Shown: positions 55,478 through 64,000 of the stretch, piece after piece
Layout of the letters: every line of letters begins with the position of its first letter
Numbering within the stretch: the first letter of the stretch is position 1
Assembly: GCF_009914755.1 (NCBI RefSeq)
Contig: NC_060928.1
DNA from: the human T2T-CHM13v2.0 reference genome, Homo sapiens
DNA: 64,000 bases
Direction: 5' to 3' (one strand)
Made by a program: the position numbers and the translations under genes
Notes under the pieces: model-generated
Told to the model about the DNA's origin: nothing
The model's input: the letters and a program-made list of their open reading frames with translations, nothing else
The model's database searches: none

Positions 55478-56102
55478 GAGAAAAAAGGTTTCATGAAAAA
55501 AATACCCTTACTATATGAGGTGCACTCCTACATTCTGTTCTATTTTGTTTTTTCTTAAATGCTGGTGATGACACATTAAATTGATTTTATGACCTACTAA
55601 TGGATTCCATCCCACTATTCAATAAGCACTGTCTTAGGCCTTTGCATGTGTTAGTGTCTCTGCTTGGAATATCGTTTACTTTTTCTTCTCCTGGCCAACT
55701 CTTACCTGTCTGCCAAGATCCAGTTTAGGGTGTCTATCCGTCTCCTGCTCCCTGGATTAGTAGCCCTCTGTGTTCCAACAGCACCTCTTATACACCTGAC
55801 ACTCTATGTCAATCTCTTCACCAGTTTGTTGCCTCCTCTTAACTGTGAGACTCTAGGGGACAGTGATGGAGTTGCTCATCCATGTGCCCCCCTCTGCCTA
55901 GGAGAGAGTGCCCAACATAGAACAGACCTTCAAAGAATATCAGCTTAATGCGTAATTCATCTATTCCAGTTTTCATCTGGGTAGATTGAGATGTCCAAGA
56001 TTACAAAGTTTGGCTATCTCCTGAGGGAACTCTTACACATTTCAGTAGCAGAGCCACCCAGAGGTGTCTAACTTTAAGTGCTTCTCTCCCCATTATGGTT
56101 TA

Positions 56103-56497
56103 CAGCAGCAACTTTCAAATTTTTTAATCTAAGAATTCTTTTACACTCTTAAAATTAATCAGGACCCCAATCAGCATTGATTTATGTAGGAGATAATTAT
56201 TTATATGTAATTATTTACTGAGAAATCCAGAGCACATACATTCATTCTAACTATCAATGTTTACCAATATAAAAACTGAGAAATATTTAAAACATAAGCA
56301 GTACGCAGCATACTTTTCAGTAGCCATCAGAGCAACGGTGTTATCACGCGTCACTTCTGCACACCCCACTCCATGCACATCAGAACGAGAGTGTGAATAA
56401 CATCTTAGTAGTATTACAAATAGTTTTGACCCCACAGGCCCCTGAAAGGGTCTCAAGGACTCCAAAAAGTCCTCAGACCGTACTTTGAGAACCACTG
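56103..56497. mobile_element. hAT-Charlie DNA transposon derivative (Charlie1/MER119-like)
   Basis: TTTACACTCTTAAAATT...GGACCCC near the left end; CCCCTGAAAGGGTCTC...CTTTGAGAACCACTG at the right end. Confidence 0.7.
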
Positions 56498-56967
56498 ATT
56501 CAGAGCATTTAAGTTATAGACACTGCTGCTCACGGGGGCTCGATAAAAAACCCTCTGCTTTTATCACCTGGGTCTGGAACTGAGAGAGAAGTATTATGTG
56601 GGTCAGCTTTATTATTGACAGAACTCTTGGATAATATGGCATGATTGTATGGTAACAATGATCTTCTGAATATTGTGCCCCAAATTTATCGCCTAGTCAC
56701 AGTGCTAAAAACTGCAGCTCTCCCCCCAGAGGCAGGCTCCTGTAAAACTTTTGAGCCAGAAAGGCAGTCCAGAACGCAAGCGCCCTGTTGGCAGTGGCTC
56801 CCAGTGCAGAGAAAGGGGCTGGGCTATGCTCTCCCACAGTGCAAATCAGAAATGTCACTCTTCTACTCCTGGGAGGAAAAAATAAGGAGAGAGAAGAGAG
56901 AAGCCAAGAATGTTATGCTAGTGGGGCTCCCCTAACAAGGAAAAGAACATCAGGAATGGATAATACG

Positions 56968-57329
<362 letters not shown>

Positions 57330-60300
57330 CTAAAATTACATATTTTAGCAGGGTACCAATTTTATGAAATTTTCCTATCACTAAAAAAACCTGTATAATT
57401 TGTGAACCTCTTTGTAAGAGTGAATACATGATACATTGAGGTATTATTTACACTCACAGAAATTGGTATCACATTTTAATATGCTAACATTCCCATATGT
57501 TAATGCCTGCTTGGACCACTGTTCACCTTTCTTCTCCTCGTTCATTCTTGCCTTCACCTGCAAGTGCTATGCCGACATGTTAAATAATTTTCTAAAAAAT
57601 CTCAGATACTTGTCATCTATATTAGGAATAATGTGTCTTCTTAAAGTAACTCCAGGTTGAAGAACTTCTACTTATAGGCATCTATTCAACGAAGACGAAT
57701 CCTGGAATGGGGATGGAAATGATGGCTCATGTCTTAGCAAACTACCAGTACGTCTACTAGAACCGGGTACTTCTTTCACCAATATGAGCACAGTCAGAAC
57801 GAGGTTGTTTTTCCTAGTGAAGAGCACAAGAGCACATTCTCCCAAGTTTTCTGTTCCTCAAATACTACATACAAGATTAAGCAGCATTACATGTAAACAA
57901 TATCCCTTGAGCATATACATTCATGACATAAAGAGACACTAAATTAAAGTGTCTGATGAGTATTGTCAAGTCTTTCTTGCCAAATAGAATGATTTTGTTG
58001 AATAGATACTCTTGGCCTAGAAATGTGTTAAACTATTCCTGAGTTTTCCCAGCTGTCTCACACTGACAGTGTTTCAGGTAGCAAGACTTATGTAATTTCC
58101 GTCCCAATAAATATATCTTAAAAGGAAGTGATGTCAGTGACATTAAATTACAGCACAGCTTGGGTGTCAATGCCACAGGAAAGAGGAGAGATGGGAAAAT
58201 AAAGTGTTATCACTGAGCAAGGTTTTAAAACGTAAAATTTCCCATGTACTTTAGACAAACATAAATCTTTGGGCAACCAGAAAGAACTTAAAACATTCTG
58301 ATCCAAAGGCCATAGTCCAAATCTTTTTATAGATTCCTCAGGAAAATAACTTAGGATAGATAAAAGTTGTCAGTGCTTTTTGTAAACAATAAAGTTACAG
58401 TGATTTTTAAATGAAGCGATGAGATGAAAATAAAAGACTAAAACTCTTTAGAATAATGATTTATGAGTAAACCAAGGCAAAGCTTCATTTCAATTTGGAA
58501 TAAAAGTGATTATGAAGCTAAAATTCAAGAAACTGAACTCTAGGTTTCATATTACTTTTTAACATTTTCCTCTGCCAAATAAATAAAGGTCATTTCTTCC
58601 CTCTTCCCTTTCCTTTCCCCTTTTGAGGGGTGATCTTTATGAAATGAAATGTCCTCTAAAGCTTACATCCATTCTTTCCCGTCCTTTAACACAAAGAGTT
58701 TTACCAAATGTGGTTCACTCCGTTATTTTCTTCTGCCCAATCCCAATACCTGGGTGTGTTTGCTTAGATTTCAAGCTACTGCTAAATTTTTCAATTTCTG
58801 TCAGTGCTCCCACCCACTGGAAGTAGAAGTTTCTTAGCAGCAAAAATATTAATTAAATGAAGCAAAACCCCACTGTTTACTAACTGCATATATGATTTCC
58901 TACCCAAGTACAAATTTCAGAGTTAAGTGTCTTCACCAAATAAACTGAGAAACCCTAGACAGTGGGAAGACACAAGCATGCCTCATGTTGCCAAAGAAAA
59001 TAAGAAAGACCTGACAAACTACTGGCTAAGCATTAGACAGACACATAGATAGAATCAATGTGCTTTTTCTCATGCAAAGAAAAAAATTAGATGCAAACTT
59101 TACATTTAAAACTGCATTGTTCCCCTTTAATCTGGCCACCATCCGAGTGGTGATCTGGATGTTAGAGAAGAGATGAATGGGAGACATTGGCAGGGATTGA
59201 AGCTTGGGGATGAATGTGGAAATGTAGAATGGATGTTTCTTTTTTTTGGCTTTGAGTTGACTGTTGTTTCTGTCTGTTTTTTAGAACTGATCCGAGAGGA
59301 CAGGGAAGTCAGTGTGGGCGGCTCTAAGGAGCCTCCCTCTCTACAGCTGCGGCTCAGAGGATTACGGCGCTTCATCCACAAGGCAACATTGCACAAGTAG
59401 CTTTTGAACAAAAGTCATGGATACTATTAATGATATGGTAATCCTTAATCGAGCTACCTCCCAGTAGTGATTATACTGACATGGGAAGAATATCTAAGTC
59501 GTGGAGGCAGCCCACAACAACACTGTGTCATTGTTCACCCCGGGCTCGACCAGGACTAACTTTTACCAGCATCTCTAACGTCACCTTTCCCCTGATGCCT
59601 CCCCACAACCCCTGGCCCCAGCTCCCATTCCCGCCCCATCATAGCAAAAAAGTAGCAAAGAAAACCCTGATCCTAAATCTTTTTCTGGATTTTTTTTTGC
59701 AAGTTCCCACACACATTTAGTGTCGTCTCAAAATTCACGCTGTCAACTGTCTCTAGGAATCATTTCCATCTGAGAACAGACCACACAAAGGTTAGTTCGG
59801 TGGGTCTCAGTGAAGATGTTTTAATTGTCTGACAATAGATTCTTCCATCATTTGACTTGCAAATACTGTCCTCTTGCTCTCAGATAACATGTTCAGAATT
59901 AGACCATTTGTCAATAAATTTCCCAAAACTCCTTAATTATGATACTGAAATACAAGTGGTTTGCCATTTGACAAGACTCAATTACAATCCAGCAGGGAAA
60001 ATCTTATGGCTCACTAAACTGTGGGACTCCCCGAAAGGCCAAACTTAATTTACTCATAGATGAGTCCCCTTAACATAAGGAAAGTGACCTTCATAAAGAC
60101 AGAATATATCTATGATTTTTATGTAATTATATGTGTGGGATAAACATGTTCAAATGACTTGTGGTAAATGTACTAATGAAGCTAAAGAAACTATACCCTA
60201 ACTACCACCCTGACCTAATTATTCTTTTTCCATAGCTCATTAATATTTTTAAATGATGCCATTTCTCTGCCATTCAAAACAAATCTAAACAAAACCAATA

Positions 60301-61157
60301 ACTGATATAATTTTATGGATACCCTCCCATATTCATGAGACCACATAGATGATCTTTCTAAACCCTATAATACGCCATGCCAACACACAGTGAAATTGGG
60401 ATGTGAAAAAAGTCTGCTTTTTCTAACAAATATCTCTGGAGGAGATCATTGTTCTAAATCAGCTTTTCATTATTCTTTGCTAAGAAAAAAAAACTGTTGG
60501 AAAATACACATATTTTTAGCAGAACTGCCATCTTTAACCAATGTGAGATGTATACATTTTATCCAATATATGACTATAAAGAACAAACAAAAAATTGTCT
60601 ACATATAACATTATTAGAGGCCACAGCCATAAATAGGTTCATATTGAGCACTATGATAATTTATAAAATACTTTAGAGCCACAAAACTAATGTACTGACT
60701 TCTATGTTAAAATTAATAATTAATTGATTTTGTTTGAAGGCTGGATTTGGGCAAAATGATAAGGGCAGAAACTTTCCCTCTTCATTTTAGATACACTTTA
60801 TATTTGGATATTTATGATAACCCATTATTGCTTTTCCAACTTAAAAGTAAGAGTAAGTGACAAAAACACATGAAGTGCTTGAAACGTCTGAATATCTTAT
60901 CGTCTCTAAGTGGTTTTGTTTTCTGAATTTATTCATATGAAAGTGCCACTGTGGCAATTTCACAGTCCCAGCAAAGTACAGAGTAAAAGTTTTGAGATTC
61001 TGGTTTATGTAAAAATTGGCTACACAAATCAATACATCATGTCAAATAAAAGCATAGAAGCTTTAACCTCATCTCATTTATCTACATACATCTTCCACTG
61101 CCGAGGGGAAGCCCAGCTGATCATCACCTCACCTAAAAATTATTAAGCATAATTTTC

Positions 61158-61350
61158 TTTTTTTTTCTTTTTTCTTTTTTTTTTTTTTGACGGAGTCTCA
61201 CTCTGTCTCCCAGGCTGGAGTGCAGTGGCGCCATCTCAGCTCACTGCAAGCTCCGCCTCCCGGGTTCACGCCGTTCTGCTGCCCTCAGCCTCCGGAGTAG
61301 CTGGAACTACAGGTGTGCGCCACCACGCCCGGCTAATTTTTTATATTTTT
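61158..61350 (-). mobile_element. 5'-truncated AluY-like (right arm only)
   Basis: TSD AGCATAATTTTC at 61146-61157 and 61351-61362. Confidence 0.9.
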
Positions 61351-61442
61351 AGCATAATTTTCATAACCTGGAACGTATAATGAGAAAAGTATTGGCCTTA
61401 GAGCCAAGCAAGCCAGGCCTCGCCACAGAAATGTTTTGTCCT

Positions 61443-61762
<320 letters not shown>

Positions 61763-62072
61763 CTATTTGCTTAAAGAAAGTAATAAATACTTAAAATTCA
61801 TATTTAATCTAGATGAGCTATTTTATTATAATATTCTGGCTTTGGTGGATAATTGTCTAGCCTCCTGCAAACATTGGGCAAAATGATTCATAATCGACTT
61901 TCTTCAATTTACTAAACTTGTGAGGAAAATTCAAGTTTTCTATCACATTGTATAGACAGAGAAACTAAGGCACAGAGACCTTAGGAACTGATTTAGTTGG
62001 GATAAAAGACTGAATCAATTTCTTTCTTCCATCATGCTGCCTACTCTAATTTAAAAGATTTGCTGTCGAATT

Positions 62073-62390
62073 CAGGGCTGGCCCATAGGAATACACTGCA
62101 AACTACATTCGTAATTTTAAATTTGCTAACAGCACACTAAAAAAGATGCTTTTAAGTGGAATTAATTTTAATGACATATTTTATGTGGCCCAATATATCT
62201 AAAATATAATCACTTCAATATGTAATCAATATAAAAATCATTGAGAGGTTTTAATATATTTTTAATACCAAGTCTAAATTGAATTCAGACTTAAAAAAAA
62301 ATAAGTAACCAGAAAACATGTGAGTTTCCTGTAAAATCTAAACCTTGCATTGCAAGCCACATTTCAAGTGTAACCTTACTTGTTGGCACA
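62073..62390. mobile_element. MER33/MER3-like hAT DNA transposon
   Basis: GTAATTTTAAATTT...TCAATATGTAATCAATATAAAAA...AGCCACATTTCAAGTG. Confidence 0.65.
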
Positions 62391-62439
62391 GTAATGGCTA
62401 GCAGAGGCACAATTGCTTGTCCTGACTGTCCAGAAGGCA

Positions 62440-62640
62440 AGGTGGTATTGAGTATGTGGGCTCTGGGCAGGTGCAGTCTGGGTTTGCACCCTGTCTCCGC
62501 CACTGCTAATTGGAGGACAATGGGCAAGTTACTTTCTGTGTCCCAGCTTTCTCATATGTGAAGCAGGGCTGTTGTAAGAATGAAATGAGTTAGTATTTAG
62601 TGCCTGACAAGTAGTAGGCATTAAATGTTAGCTATTGGTA
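62440..62640 (+). mobile_element. MIR
   Basis: TGGGCAAGTTACTT...GTTGTAAGAATGAAATGAGTTA...AAATGTTAGCTATT. Confidence 0.7.
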
Positions 62641-62750
62641 CTGCTATTGTCAGAGAATGCACAAGAGTACACAAGAGCTAATTATTATTTGTACCCTCCC
62701 CCCAGTGAAATTTGTAAGAAACTAGACATGCTAGGTCATATAACAGGGTT

Positions 62751-63206
62751 TGTCATGTGTTAAATTGTGTCCCCAAATGACATGTCACAATCCTTATCCC
62801 CTGCACCTCAGAATATGCCTTCATTTGAAAATAGGGTAGTTGGAGATGTTACTAGTTAAGACAAGTCATACTGCAGTAAGTTGAGCCCTCAATCGGAGAA
62901 GACTGGTGTCTTTATGAGAGCAAGGAAATTTGGACACAGAGACAGAGACACGCAGTGTGCCATATGACAGCAGAGGCAAAGATGAGAGTGGAACAGCCGC
63001 AGAACAAGGCTCACAGGGATTACCAGTCACCCTGAGAAGCAAGGAAAGGGGAGGGAAGGATTCTTCGGAGCTCAGAGGGAGCGTGCCCCAGCTCACACCT
63101 TGATCTTGAACTTCCAGCCTCTGGAACTCTGAGAGAATACATTCCTGTCATTTTAAGCCACCCAGTTTGTGGTGCTTCATGATGGCAGCCCTAGGAAAGT
63201 AATACA
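62751..63206 (+). mobile_element. MaLR solo LTR (MLT1B/C-like)
   Basis: TG...AATTGTGTCCCC start, GGCAGCCCTAGGAAAGTAATACA end, 5-bp TSD GGGTT/GAGTT. Confidence 0.85.
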
Positions 63207-63589
63207 GAGTTCTTCACCCAAAAGGAAGCACTCTGTCTCACCAACAGCCAAGGTCCTGGATGACTGACAACCTGAGATTGCAGACCTCCGAGAAATTGAA
63301 GTAGGCTCTATAAAGTCTGGGCAGCCCCGTCTTCCAAAGGCTGCTTCTCAAGTCCACACACACACTTTGGAAGGAGAATCCTGCTCTTGGACGTGGTATT
63401 CTTGGTGGGACAGCTACCTATAAAATGAATGAGGTAAGTCACAAACCCAGAGAAATAATTCCATTGGTTTCTTGGTGATTAAACTAATGCGAGCATGTCA
63501 CAAAGTCTACCATTTGTTCTTAATGGACTTTATCATTTTTTGCCACAGTTTTTTCAAACATCTTATTATGGTCAAAAGATTAATTTTCG

Positions 63590-63728
63590 TTCAGTTTTTT
63601 ATTTGTTTCTTTGTTTTAGAGACGGGGTCTCACTTGGTCACTCCGGCCAGAGTGCAGTAGCACCGTCATAGCTCACTGCAGCCTCAAACTGCTGGGCTCA
63701 AGTGATCCTCCTGCCTCAGCCTCCTGAG
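63590..63728 (-). mobile_element. Alu right-arm fragment
   Basis: GAGACGGGGTCTCAC...GATCCTCCTGCCTCAGCCTCCTGAGT. Confidence 0.85.
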
Positions 63729-63941
63729 TTTAATTCAGATTTTTAAAAAGTTTTGGTATTTATGTGTATCCTTAAAAACTGGGGGACTAAAGGTGGGACT
63801 CACAAAGAAGTAAAATAAAAATAGTCTAAAGTGATATGTATTTTTATATTGTTAATACTCCTGGAACTGTTAACCATTCTATATACTGTTTTCTATAGTT
63901 CTTCATTCTCAATTTGACACTTATGTTTCTTTTCCATTTCC

Positions 63942-63943
<2 letters not shown>

Positions 63944-63975
<32 letters not shown>
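63944..63975. repeat. (TA)n microsatellite
   Basis: About 16 TA units. Confidence 0.95.
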
Positions 63976-63980
<5 letters not shown>

Positions 63981-64000
63981 GAAGTTCTCAATCATATATG

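Overview
Primate, almost certainly human, genomic DNA: Alu-rich, with an AluYa-lineage element. One protein-coding gene is supported, HELT (Heslike/Megane, bHLH-Orange repressor; 4q35.1 from prior knowledge). It lies on the + strand with 4 coding exons (6342-8185, 242 aa) inside a CpG-rich, transposon-free domain, with a TATA/Inr promoter, a NAGNAG acceptor and a short 3'UTR. Downstream is a gene-poor, repeat-rich region containing a 6.9 kb minus-strand HERV-K(HML-3)/HERVK9 provirus (32195-39091, MER9-type LTRs). Its gag and pol are disrupted, env is internally deleted, and the dUTPase-protease frame is still open. The rest is about 24 Alu/FLAM elements, L1, L2, MIR, solo LTRs and hAT DNA transposons. 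I cannot demonstrate a new biological system from sequence alone. The best leads are: (i) recurring OTX/TCF/SOX/E-box motif clusters at about 5, 6, 27 and 41.6 kb that may be HELT enhancers; (ii) asymmetric LTR decay that could make the 3' LTR an outward promoter pointing at HELT; (iii) a fossil SRV-1-type frameshift signal; and (iv) small repair or retrotransposition scars (71-bp templated inverted insertion, 38-nt Alu stub with TSD, poly-A micro-insertion). Repeat family names and most repeat boundaries are from recognition by eye and are approximate.
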